This document shows positions 29,423 to 40,015 of a stretch of 64,000 nucleotides of DNA, piece by piece. The notes under the pieces are model-generated. The model was not told where the DNA came from. It saw only the letters and a list, made by a program, of their open reading frames with translations, and did no database searches. The translations under genes were made by a program, and so were the position numbers. Each line of letters begins with the position of its first letter. Positions within the stretch are counted from its first letter, which is position 1. Source of the DNA: Bdellovibrionales bacterium (GTDB taxonomy: Bacteria; Bdellovibrionota; Bdellovibrionia; Bdellovibrionales; UBA1609); the NCBI GenBank assembly GCA_965219095.1, contig CBDCMT010000001.1:864001-928000 (forward strand), read 5' to 3'.

Positions 29423-31037
29423 TCTTGCCCCAGCCTACGAAGAGGTCGTCAAAAAAATTTTTAAAGAGCATATTCCTAATGACGAGGTATGGGCTTTTGG
29501 CTCTAGAGTGAGGTGGATGGCAAAGGATAACTCTGATCTTGATCTTGTGATTGTTTCAAGAAAAAAAACTCCATCTAAAACTCTAACTCTTTTAAAATTA
29601 GACTTTGAAAACTCAGATCTTCCCATTAAGGTGGATATTCTGGACTGGAAAAGCATTTCTAAAGAGTTTCAGAAAATTATCAAGGAGGAGTATGTTATTT
29701 TCCAAGAAAAGAAAATGAATTTTAATTTTAGGTCCTGGGAAAAGTTTAAACTAAGTGAAATAACTACCTTTTTAAACGCAAAGAAAGTTCCTTTAAGCGG
29801 TTTAAAGAGAAAAACAAAAAAAGGAAAATATAGGTATTATGGAGTTTCTGGAGTTGTTGATTATATTGATGATTATACTTTTGACGGCAAATACTTTTTG
29901 ATCTCGAAAGACGGTGAGAATTTGAAGACTAGAAAAACGCCAATTGCATTCGTAGTTGAAGGTAAATATGGAATAAATGATCATGTTCATATATTAGATG
30001 AGAAAAAAGAAGGCATTCTAGACTATCTTGAAAATTATTTTAGATATTTAGATATTTCACCTTATATAACTGGAGCAGTCCAACCTAAATTAAACAAAAA
30101 ATCTCTTGAAAAAATCAAAATACTACTTCCTAAGAGAGATGATCGACTTAAAATTAATAAAGTTGCGAACAATTTTAAGCTTAAAATAGAAATAAATAAT
30201 AAAATAAATAATATTCTTGAATCTTTAGCACAAACAATTTTCAAATCTTGGTTTATTGATTTCGACCCCGTCTATGCCAAAAAGCTGGCATTCGACTCTG
30301 GTTTGTCAAAAAAACAAGCTGAACGTGTAGCTATAGCTATTATCTCTGGGGTTTGTAACCCTAAAAAGTTTGTTGAAGATTTCAAGAAAATGGATCATCT
30401 TTTATCTCAAAAGCTATCAAAAATGAACAAGAAAAAACAAAAAGAACTAGCTTATATGGCTTCTTTATTTCCAGGTGAGTTTGAAGATAGTGATTTAGGA
30501 GAGATTCCCAAAGGGTTTAATGTTTGCAGGATAGATCAAATACTCGAATTAGCCTATGGGAAATCTTTAAAAAAATCAAATCGTGTAGAAGGATCTTATC
30601 CTGTTTATAATTCAGAAGGACGCAGTGGTGTTCATAATGTTTATTCTGTTAAGGGGCCTGGAATTATTTTGGGAAGAAAAGGAACTACTGGTAGCCTGTA
30701 TTGGGAGGATAATAATTTCTTTCCTGTAGATACTACTTTTTTTATAAAACCTAGAAAATCATATAAACTTACTTTTATTTTTTATCTTATGCAAACTTTA
30801 GGGCTAGAAAAGATGAATACAAATGCCTTAACTTTAAATTTTAATAGAAACAATGTCTACAAACTTAAGTTTGTAGAGTTTCCTAGAGAAATAAGAATTG
30901 TATATGAAAACTTAGTTGCTTCCATAAGAAATCTTATGTTTAATAATTTAAAAGAGGTTGAGGAAATAGAGAAGTTAAGAGACACACTTCTTCCGAGATT
31001 ACTGGAAGGTAAGATAGGTTTATCAGACATACAGTGA
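29412..31037 (+). CDS. hsdS: Minimal nucleotidyltransferase (MNT) fused to type I specificity subunit
   Basis: N-terminal FGSRV...SDLDL (GSX10DXD) and LPIKVD; then two TRDs, LAQTIFKSWFIDFDPV and LRDTLLPRLL.G conserved HsdS regions. Confidence 0.9.
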   Translation: MNLDLAPAYEEVVKKIFKEHIPNDEVWAFGSRVRWMAKDNSDLDLVIVSRKKTPSKTLTLLKLDFENSDLPIKVDILDWKSISKEFQKIIKEEYVIFQEKKMNFNFRSWEKFKLSEITTFLNAKKVPLSGLKRKTKKGKYRYYGVSGVVDYIDDYTFDGKYFLISKDGENLKTRKTPIAFVVEGKYGINDHVHILDEKKEGILDYLENYFRYLDISPYITGAVQPKLNKKSLEKIKILLPKRDDRLKINKVANNFKLKIEINNKINNILESLAQTIFKSWFIDFDPVYAKKLAFDSGLSKKQAERVAIAIISGVCNPKKFVEDFKKMDHLLSQKLSKMNKKKQKELAYMASLFPGEFEDSDLGEIPKGFNVCRIDQILELAYGKSLKKSNRVEGSYPVYNSEGRSGVHNVYSVKGPGIILGRKGTTGSLYWEDNNFFPVDTTFFIKPRKSYKLTFIFYLMQTLGLEKMNTNALTLNFNRNNVYKLKFVEFPREIRIVYENLVASIRNLMFNNLKEVEEIEKLRDTLLPRLLEGKIGLSDIQ

Positions 31038-31288
31038 TTGTAAGTTAAAAATTTATACGATTGACCAATAGAGAAAAGGATAAGCTTTAAGAGACAACAC
31101 TCAATCGTTTTAATAAATTGTTATTCTAGAAGGCGTTAGAAATTAACAGAACAGACATAAATGCCTATGATACATAGCAACGAATGAAGCTTCTTTGCAA
31201 TTCTATAGTAGACTAAAAGCAGTGTAAGTAAAAAGGAGGACAGATTATGGTAAAACAAATCACCTAAATTCCCGACAAAAAATATACA

Positions 31289-34272
31289 CTAGTGTTCTGA
31301 CCAGTAAATTTTTTCACAATTTTCAAGCCTTTAATCCAGGTCATTTTATTAAATTATTTTGCCTCCTCAAAAGAATAAAAGTGAAATGCTTAGAGTTATA
31401 CCAATTCCAAAAGTTAATTCTACATTTTCATGTATAAGTTTGATTTTTACTTTTAGAAATTTATAACTTTTAAGTACGGGTAAAGAGTGTATCAAATTCA
31501 TTGGAAAGATATGATTTTCTAATGTTTATATACAATTTAGTTTACAGGCTCTTACAGGCTCGTCTCATTTTTTATAATGGAACTTTTCTCTGGCTGATTT
31601 TCTTGAAAAATTCCATTTTATTATAATCTTCCGTCTGTTCATAATATTCACCCAAGCCTTGGTTCTTTTTCTTAAAGTTTCTATGTCAGGTATTCTTGAT
31701 TTTCCTAAACATTGACGAGAGTACATATTGATTGCAATTTCTGCTTGATTTAACCAACTTCCATGACTCGGAGTATAATGAACCTCAAAGCGAGACCATA
31801 GATGCAAACCTCGCTCTTTTCCATAAAAATCAGTAAGACTTTTTTTTCTATGAGTGTTCAAATTATCCATAACTAGAACAATCTTCTTGGAATCAGAATA
31901 ATGTCTCTCAACAGAAGATAAAAACTTAGCAAAATCCGGACCTGTCCTTCTCTCTGTTACCTTATTCATATAAAAACCTCTCTTAGGCTCCACAGCACAG
32001 AAAACATTTGCTGTACCCTCTCTTTTATACTCATAATCTACTTTTTTTACTTCCGAGGGACGACAACCCGATGGAGGACGAACATCATCAAGTAACTGAA
32101 GAGGCTTTTCATCAATACACACAACAGGCTTTCCTTTAATCGGAGGCTTCTCATACACTTTCAAAACATCCTCCATCCTCTCTATAAATTCATCATTAAG
32201 CTCTGGTACACACCAACTCTTCTGTTGCCAAGGTTTTAGATCATGTTCTAAAAGAATAATCCTAACTTTTTCTTTGCTAATAGAGTCTACAATCTTGTTT
32301 TTTTCTGCCCTCTCTTTAATGAGCTCTAAAGTCCATCGATCAAAGCCCTCCGGAGGATCTGAGCAGACCATAGCTATAATCTTTGACTTTATGCGATCAT
32401 CAAACTTTGGAGGTTTTCCAGGACGAGGATCATCTTCAAGAGCTTTTTTCAGCCCAGAATTCTCATAGTTTTTTTGGATGTTGAAAACAGTTCTAGGAGT
32501 TATCTCTAAGTAATCTGACGCCTCTACGGCAGTTAAACCTTTGTTCCTTAAGTTTAGAACATTGGCTCGATATATGGCTCTTGGATTTTTAGACTTCTTT
32601 ATAATTTTAAGAATTTCTCTCTTATCTTTTGGCTTTAATAAATTGGCTCCTCCCGGGAATCTGTGGGTGAAAAGTAGCTAGAAATCCCCCAAAAAGGCTC
32701 ATATTAATCAAAGCAAGAGTAAGACATTCTATCTTGTATTTTTGAGTTCTTTGAGGCCCTTACTGGCCTCTATCACCTCCGGTGATTGAACTCAAAAACA
32801 TTCATTTTATTTGCTTTTATTTGCTGTGTTACATTAAAATTTTAAAAAAGAAGCACCTACTTCCCAGATGCCTTAAAATGTTATTCAAAAAAAAAAAAAA
32901 AAAGGAGGGAAGAGATGCTTTTGAAGACTATACTAAATGATTGTTTAAGATGGAAGTCTTTTGTATACGGAGACATTTATTTTTCAAAAGATAGAAAGTC
33001 AATTAATGTTCCTATTAAGGCTCGTAAAAATGGCCAAGCTTTTTGTAGTGTTTGTAAGAAGCCCTGTTCAGTGTATGACAGCAGTAAATCATCACGGGAC
33101 TTTGAATCCCTTCCTATTTTAAGTTACAGGGTGTTTTTTGTTTATTTTGTAAGAAGAGTTAATTGTCCTTGCTGTGGGGTAAAAGTTGAGTATTTACCTT
33201 GGGCCGATGGTAAGAAGAGTTTAACGATCTTTTACATGAAGTATTTAGCAGACTGGTGTCGTCACCTGTCTTGGAAAGAGGTTTCTTGTAAGTTTCATGT
33301 CAGTTGGAATCAGGTCTATGCTTCGGTAGAATGGGTCGTAGAATATGGTTTAAAACAAAGGGTTTTAAAGGGAATACAAGCTATAGGTGTAGATGAAATA
33401 CAATGGAAAAAGAACCATCAGTATCTCACCTTAGTCTATGAAATAAGCAAAGAAAGTGTTCGTTTGCTATGGATAGGAGAAAAAAGAACAGAAAAGAGTT
33501 TTAGAAAATTCTTTGATTTACTAGGAGAGAAGTCAAAAGATATACAGTTTGTGTGTTCTGATATGTGGAAGCCTTATTTAAAAGTCATAAAGGAGAGGGC
33601 AAGTGGAGCTTTACACATATTAGATCGGTTTCATATCGTAGCAAGACTCAATAAGGCTTTAGACGAAGTGAGAGCTTCAGAACACAAAAAAATGAAAGAA
33701 GACGGGTATGAACCCCTTTTAACAAAAGCTAGATGGCCCTTGTTAAAAAATGCAGAAAATTTAAAATCTTATGAGAAAGTAAAATTAAGGCATTTAATAC
33801 AGTACAATTTAAAAAGTATCCGCTGTTATTTTTTAAAAGAAGACTTCCGACAGTTATGGACCTATGTTTCACCAACTTGGGCTGGTAAATTTATAGACAG
33901 TTGGACGAGACGAGTCATGCTTTCAAAAATTGAACCTATGAAAAGAGAAGCAAAAACCATACGAAGACATAAGCTACTTATTCTTAATTACTTCAAGGCT
34001 AAAAAAGCCTTCTCCTCAGGGATTGTAGAGGGTTTAAACAACAAAGTAAAACTCACTATGAGAAAATCTTACGGCTTTAGAACCTCTAAAGCTATAAAAA
34101 TCGCCTTATATCATAACCTTGGAAAACTGCCAGAACCTCCGGGAACCCACAGATTCTTTTGAGGAGGCAATAAATTTAACATATGAGTATTAAAACATAA
34201 AAAATAAATAAATAAAATGACCTGGATTAAAGGCTTGAAAATTGTGAAAAAAATTACTGGTCAGAACACTAG
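31289..34272 (-). mobile_element. IS630-family element interrupted by ISL3
   Basis: Near-identical to intact copy 53466-54920; CTAG ends; ISL3 inserted in the first codons of the transposase. Confidence 0.93.
32645..34168 (+). mobile_element. Intact ISL3-family element, transposase 32915-34162
   Basis: TIRs GGCTCCTCCCGGGAATCTGTGGGT / ACCCACAGATTCTTTTGAGGAGGC; 8-bp TSD AATAAATT; zinc finger, IGVDE, CSDMW, DRFH, EGLNNK motifs. Confidence 0.95.
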
Positions 34273-34561
34273 TTGGAAAGTGGTTTGGGCTATCTTATCA
34301 GTTATTTTAAAGTCTCTTGCATGAGGTGATGCTTTTGCTATGGAGGGGAACTATTTAACCCTTGTGGTGATGAATTTTGTTATTGCTCTTTGTATGTTAG
34401 GAACACCTTTGGTTGTAAAAAGTTTAGTTTCTTCTGGATTATCAAGTTTTAGCAGTTCTTTAGTTCCTGTAGTAGGTATGACAATAGCCTCTGTTTACTC
34501 AAAAAGTGCTAGGATAGCCAAGTTAACAAAAAGAAATAAAGAAAAAGATGAAGTTTTTTAG
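34273..34561 (+). pseudogene. 3' fragment of a membrane protein, possibly VirB6/TraJ-like
   Basis: Hydrophobic segments, internal stop, 5' end cut by IS630, overlaps a VirB8-like gene. Confidence 0.4.
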
Positions 34562-35150
34562 GAAAGGAGTTTATATTATGAATTATAAAAAATATTTTGA
34601 GATATGGGCTGATGAACAGGCTCAAAACGTTTTTTTAAAAGGTTTACTCGGTTTTATGTTTTTCATAAATGCAGTTCTTTTAATTTCTGTCGTGATTTTA
34701 GCCACAAACGATCCCTTTATTATCTCTATAAGTGACACTGAATCTAAAATAGCTCATGTTTCAAAAGAAGAGACTCAAGAGCAAATTAAAAAAGAGTTAG
34801 AAAGGGCTATTGAAAGGTTTGTGAAATACAGACATAACTGGGATAGCGATTCAATACAAGAGAAATTAGAAGAATCCTCTCAATTTATAGCCTCTCATTT
34901 TAGAAAGAAGTTCCTAAGAGCTAATCAAGGACAATTAAAAGAAGCTAAAAAGAAGAAAATTAAACAAAGGTTTTATTTATCTTCTGATATAGTGTTTGAT
35001 TTGGAAAACAAAAAAGCTCAAATTACAGGAGATAGGATTCTTATTGTTGATGGGTTTCGTGCTACACAACCTATGAGTTTTAGGTTGGGTTATGAATTTT
35101 CTAAGAGGACGGTTTTAAATCCAGAAGGGGTCTATAGTGCTTCCGTTTAG
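34548..35150 (+). CDS. VirB8/TrbF/TraK-like conjugation protein, C-terminus clipped by IS630
   Basis: N-terminal TM, ERFVKYRHNW and terminal NPEGVY (NPxG) motif. Confidence 0.6.
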   Translation: MKFFRKGVYIMNYKKYFEIWADEQAQNVFLKGLLGFMFFINAVLLISVVILATNDPFIISISDTESKIAHVSKEETQEQIKKELERAIERFVKYRHNWDSDSIQEKLEESSQFIASHFRKKFLRANQGQLKEAKKKKIKQRFYLSSDIVFDLENKKAQITGDRILIVDGFRATQPMSFRLGYEFSKRTVLNPEGVYSASV

Positions 35151-36273
35151 GTTTTCAGGTTCCTAAGATGGAGAAGTTATCAGTTATCAAAGTTTCTAAT
35201 TTAGGCCTGTGGTTTCGTATTCCTCTAAAAAATTGACTTAAACTTCCCTTGAAATCGTCATAGTTTTCATAATATCGATTCGCCGTGACCTCTTTTTTCA
35301 TAAACTTCCAAAGCCTTTCTATAGGATTTAAATTCGGTGAGTACGGAGGAAGTAAACAAGTTTTATATTCAACTCTTTCGCTAACTTCTTGACAGACTTC
35401 GATCTATTGTATCCGGCCCCATCTAAGATAAGATGAATCTCTTTTTCATCGGAATACTTCTTAATGAATATGATAGAGCATATCACATAGAAAAACTTTG
35501 TTAACTGTCTTATAACTCCTGACTACCGTCTTCAAACTATTGATCTCAATAGCTCCACAAACATTCACTCTTTTTCTCCAGCCTGAATTGGTCTTCACTT
35601 CAAACTTCTTACCCTCTCTTATCCAACCATATAAAATCGTAAGGCCCCACTCAGGATGTGTGGAATCAGCAAAGTAAACAGAACCGTCTTTCTTCTTAAT
35701 TCTCTTGTATTTACGCACAAACTTTTTCTGCTCTTCTTTCTTTGCCTTACCCGGTATCGCTGTGGCTTTTTTATAAGAAAAACCAAGGCGATGGAGAAGA
35801 TCAATTACACCACTTGTTAAAGTACGTAACACCAAAATTCTCCTCAATGAACTGAATAAGGGCCTGTGATGATGGAAAAATTCTTTTCTCTAATTCCTTT
35901 AAAAGCATTTTCTACTCTTTCTGAGTTAAAAAAGACCTTTTAGAATTGTAATTGTCGTTGATTAAACATTCTATCCCGCCTTTGTTATAACGATCTCTAC
36001 AGGCTCTTATCGTGCCTTCATCAATGAAAAGAAAACGGGAAATATCTTTACACAACTCACCTTTATCTAAATGGAGGATTGTCATAATGCTTTTTGCGTA
36101 TTTAAGATTTTTCTCTAGAGATAGTTCATAGAGTAAATCTTCTCGCTCTTTTTTTGATAGAAACCCTGACATATGAAGCTATTTTTAAAAACAAATGACT
36201 TTTTATCAAGATCTTAGAATAAAAACTAGACCTCAACTCAAAAAAAACGGAAAACTTAAACGGAAGCACTATA
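35133..36273 (-). mobile_element. IS630-family element, degraded transposase
   Basis: TIRs TATAGTGCTTCCGTTTA / TAAACGGAAGCACTATA; GFSYKK..PGKA, LPPYSPNLNPIERLW motifs. Confidence 0.88.
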
Positions 36274-36303
36274 TAACCGACTTACTTAAAATAGAACTTA
36301 AGT

Positions 36304-37380
36304 ATGAGGTTTTTGATTCTTTTTTTTCTTATCTTTCTTCCCATCCTCTTAGAGGCTTGTGATGAAGAAAATCCCTTCTCAAAACTTAACTCCATAGCAA
36401 CTCTTTTTTGCCCTCACCCACCTTGTCATTTTTTTAAGGCCCTTGTTGATGAAACCATCAGAAATGCAACTGTAAGAGTAGAAACAACAGTCATTTGTTC
36501 AGGACTTGTTATAAGACTTAAAAGAGGAGCAAAAAAATGTAAAGACCCTCTTCTTCTTACAGCAGGTCATTGTGTAGCACCTAGTAAAGATTATAAAGTT
36601 ATTACGGTTTATAATCATAACGGTGATTTTGATATTCCAAGAAAGAATATCTTTTCTCTTTAAAAAAAATGTCTTAAACCTCACAACTGTCTTGTAAGTC
36701 CTGGTTATGTTCTGGATGATGAACTTCATTATTCAGGAGTGGATCAAGCCCTGATTCCTATGCCTAAACGATACCGCAAAAAAGGCAATATCCCTGCTTT
36801 TGAGATCGATATAGAAAGGGTAGCAAACAAAGAAGACTTAGATTCCTGCTTTAAAGACCCCTATCTTCAAGCAAGAATTACTTCAGTTTTAACAGAATCT
36901 CATTTAAAAAAGATGAAAAAAAATGAACTAAAAGCTATAAAAGATTACATACAAAGCCATACTTGCCACAATCTTAGTTGGATGAAAATACGAAGAAATG
37001 AAGGAGTGATCAAAAGGAGCCTAGGCCATAGATGTCCTGGTTTATATGGCATGTCGGGGTCTTTTATGAATTTTGAGTGTCATAACAAGAAAGCTCTTTT
37101 TGTTCATAAGGGACATCTCTTCATAGCTGCTAGTGATGAAGTTTACAACAGAGCAAAGGCAGGTGAGATCATTTACTCTTCTGAATATGAAAGAAAGGAA
37201 TCTTTTAAAAACACAGCCATTTATATTGAACCTGAGCTTCTTGAATTTTATTTTAACAACTACTGTGATTCTAATGTGGCTTATCAAAAAGAAAAGGCTC
37301 CTCCCGGGAACCCACAGATTCTTTTGAGGAGGCAAAAAATATTGACCTATGAATTTTCAAAGTCTTATACAGACATTTAA
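36304..37380 (+). pseudogene. Secreted trypsin-like serine protease with a single in-frame TAA (36661-36663)
   Basis: Signal peptide, LLTAGHC, GVDQAL, GMSGS triad motifs; both ORFs share a frame and the gap is open. Confidence 0.72.
37296..37333 (+). mobile_element. 38-bp mini-ISL3 (left and right IR fused at CCGGGAA)
   Basis: GGCTCCTCCCGGGAA + CCCACAGATTCTTTTGAGGAGGC. Confidence 0.85.
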
Positions 37381-37454
37381 AAAATACCAGTCATAAGATT
37401 TTAAACGCTTTGGGAAGATGTTAGGAAATAAAATGAGAAAAAGAAGAAAAGTTT

Positions 37455-37493
37455 CCTCAGTAGAAGTCAAGGGCTGTTAAGAAACCGACTTAC
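37455..37493 (+). mobile_element. IS66-type end stub truncating the recombinase gene
   Basis: Matches 26301-26340. Confidence 0.8.
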
Positions 37494-37541
37494 AATAAAG
37501 CTGGGGTAGAAAAAGGAGGGAAAATCTTTACTCTTGCCTCT

Positions 37542-38468
37542 GTGTATACTCTTTTAACCAATAGAGCCTATATTGGAGAACGTGAAATCAATAAGAAGAA
37601 AAAAGAGATAAAAAGGGAAGTGGTAAAAGCTGTATGGAAGCCTATTCTTTCAAAATCTATTTTTAACAAAGCTCAGGGGATACTAAAAGCAAATAAAAAT
37701 CGCTATAAGCCCGATGAGTGGAAAATCTATCCCTACCCCTTAACGAACAAGATTCAGTGCGGAGAGTGTGGCAAACTTATGGGAGGAAAGTCAGCTACAG
37801 GAAGAAATAAAAAGCATTACTATTACTCTCACACCAAAGGAAACAGTCTTTTTACAGAGACAGGAAAAAAATGTCGTCTCCATAGAATCCGAGCAGAGAG
37901 AACAGAAGATATTATCTTAAATGTTATTCAAGAGAAGATAACAAAACCACAAATTATCAATCAAATGATCAAAGACTATGAACAATCCAGCGCTAAGGAA
38001 GCTCCCAAAGTACAAGGCCAGCTCTTAAGTGTAGAAAAAGAAATAAAATCTTTAGTCAGGAAGCTAGAAAATCTTTCCATAAGGCTTTCTGAAATCCCTC
38101 ATGACATTCCAGCAGAACCCATTTATGAGCAAATGAGAAGAATCAAAGAAAAACGAGAAAAACTTATGGAAAGTGAGTTATTTCTAAGAGAGGAGCTTTT
38201 AAAAAGAAGCCACTTAGAAGTAGATCAAGAAAGGCTTATAGAAAATCTCAAAGTAACTACTGAAAATCTAAGAAAAACTCCCAAAGAAAAGCATAAAGAA
38301 ATCTATGATAATGTGATTGATTTTATAGAGGTTCACCCTCAAAAGGTACACTTGGGGCTTTATGCCCCAGCAAAACCAGTCTCATTAAGTTGTGTGGGTT
38401 CGACTAGTGTCTTACTTGGTGCCCATGAAGGGATTCGAACCCCCATACCTTGCGGTACTAGATCCTAA
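37542..38468 (+). pseudogene. Large serine recombinase, C-terminal part only (recombinase domain end, zinc ribbon, coiled coil)
   Basis: LTNRAYIG, PIL...F..AQ, YPL...IQCGECG..M, YY, coiled coil; catalytic N-terminus absent; reads into antisense tRNA. Confidence 0.85.
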
Positions 38469-38501
38469 GTCTAGCGTGTCTGCCAGTTCCACCACATGGG
38501 C
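38417..38501 (-). tRNA. tRNA-Leu(TAG)
   Basis: Acceptor GCCCATG/CATGGGC, anticodon arm CTAGA-CTTAGGA-TCTAG, variable arm, CCA. Confidence 0.96.
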
Positions 38502-38546
38502 TGATAAATTATTTTTTTTCATTTTGCTTTCTAAACTATATATTTT

Positions 38547-38942
38547 TCATTTACTTTCTCGTGTAATTAAATTTTTATAATCAGAAAACCTTAATAGTTG
38601 TGCTAATTCTTTTTCTGTGTCCATTTCAATTTTTATAAGCCAGCCTTTTTCCATAGGGTCATCATTTAACACTCCTGGATCATCTAAAAGTTGCGTGTTT
38701 ACTTCTACAACAGTTCCTGAAACAGGAGCATACAAATCACTCACAGCTTTTACACTTTCCACTACACCAAAAACATCACTTTGAGTAACTTTCTGCCCTT
38801 CTTCAGGCAAATCCACATAGACAATCTCTCCAAGGGCATTTTGAGCATATTCTGTGATTCCAACTGTCACTAAATTTTCATCCACATGAGCCCACTCATG
38901 ATTTTTTGTATAATAGTTTATTTCAGGTATTTGAAAGTTCAT
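38547..38942 (-). CDS. gcvH: Glycine cleavage H protein
   Basis: HEW, VGITEYAQ, VESVKA lipoyl-lysine motif. Confidence 0.97.
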   Translation of the reverse strand: MNFQIPEINYYTKNHEWAHVDENLVTVGITEYAQNALGEIVYVDLPEEGQKVTQSDVFGVVESVKAVSDLYAPVSGTVVEVNTQLLDDPGVLNDDPMEKGWLIKIEMDTEKELAQLLRFSDYKNLITRESK

Positions 38943-40015
38943 GTTTTTTCCTCCTTTGATGGTCTTTTTATAAAAGGTGTATTTACAATTTTTGCTCTAT
39001 AAGCTTTTTTTCTTATTATAACGTCTAAAAGTTCTCCTTTTTTTGCATACTCTTTTTTTACATAACCTATACCAATTGAAGCTTTCAAAAGAGGTGAATA
39101 GGTACCACTAGTTACCCATCCTAAGGGTTTTTTGTCAAATGAAATTAATTCGTAGCCTGCCCTTGCTATAATGGAATTTTCCATAACAAAACCAATTAAC
39201 CTATTATTATAATTAGATTTTTTAAGATTTCGAGAGCCTAAAAATTCCTTTTCATTGTGTTTTATAGCCCAAAAAAGACCTGCTTCTAAGGGGTTTATTT
39301 TTTCTGTCAGTTCTTGCCCATAGAGAGGGTAGTTCATTTCTATACGAAGACTGTCTCTTGCAGCTAAGCCTATAGGGGGTACTTTTTTTTCTAAGATTTT
39401 TCTCCATAAAAAGGGGGCTTTTTTAGGTGAGAGAAAGATTTCAAAACCCTTTTCTCCTGTATAGCCTGTGGAAGCGATCATAAGATCTTCATGAAACATA
39501 AAACAAAAACGAGGTAAATCTCTAAAATCTTTAAAAATTTGCTTTAAAACCTCAAAACTTCTAGGCCCTTGTAAGGCAAGTTGGGCCCACTTGTGGCTTT
39601 CATTAGTAATTTTAACTTCAAATGAGTTATTTTGATTAAGCCATTGAAAGTCTTTTTCAATATTAATGGCATTGGTACACAAAAGATAATCTTTTTTTTC
39701 TTTCAAGCAGTAAACTATAATATCATCTATTACACCTGCTTTTTCGTTGAGAAGAAGGCTGTATTGGCTTTTGTGTTTTTCTAATTTTCCCACTTGGTTT
39801 GTAGTAAGCCACTCTAAAAAATCTAAAGCCTTGTCTCCTTGAACTCTAATCTCTCCCATATGAGACACATCAAAAACGCCAACATCTGTTCTTACTTTCA
39901 TATGCTCTTGTTTTTGGCTTGTAAAATATAAAGGTAGCTTCCAGCCAGAAAAGTTGAAGATAAAACTTTTATTCTTATATTCATGGTAAAGAGGAGTAGT
40001 TTGTTCTTTATCCAT
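38939..40015 (-). CDS. gcvT: Glycine cleavage T aminomethyltransferase
   Basis: FDVSHMG, TGYTGE.GFE, GLAARDSLRIE. Confidence 0.96.
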   Translation of the reverse strand: MDKEQTTPLYHEYKNKSFIFNFSGWKLPLYFTSQKQEHMKVRTDVGVFDVSHMGEIRVQGDKALDFLEWLTTNQVGKLEKHKSQYSLLLNEKAGVIDDIIVYCLKEKKDYLLCTNAINIEKDFQWLNQNNSFEVKITNESHKWAQLALQGPRSFEVLKQIFKDFRDLPRFCFMFHEDLMIASTGYTGEKGFEIFLSPKKAPFLWRKILEKKVPPIGLAARDSLRIEMNYPLYGQELTEKINPLEAGLFWAIKHNEKEFLGSRNLKKSNYNNRLIGFVMENSIIARAGYELISFDKKPLGWVTSGTYSPLLKASIGIGYVKKEYAKKGELLDVIIRKKAYRAKIVNTPFIKRPSKEEKT

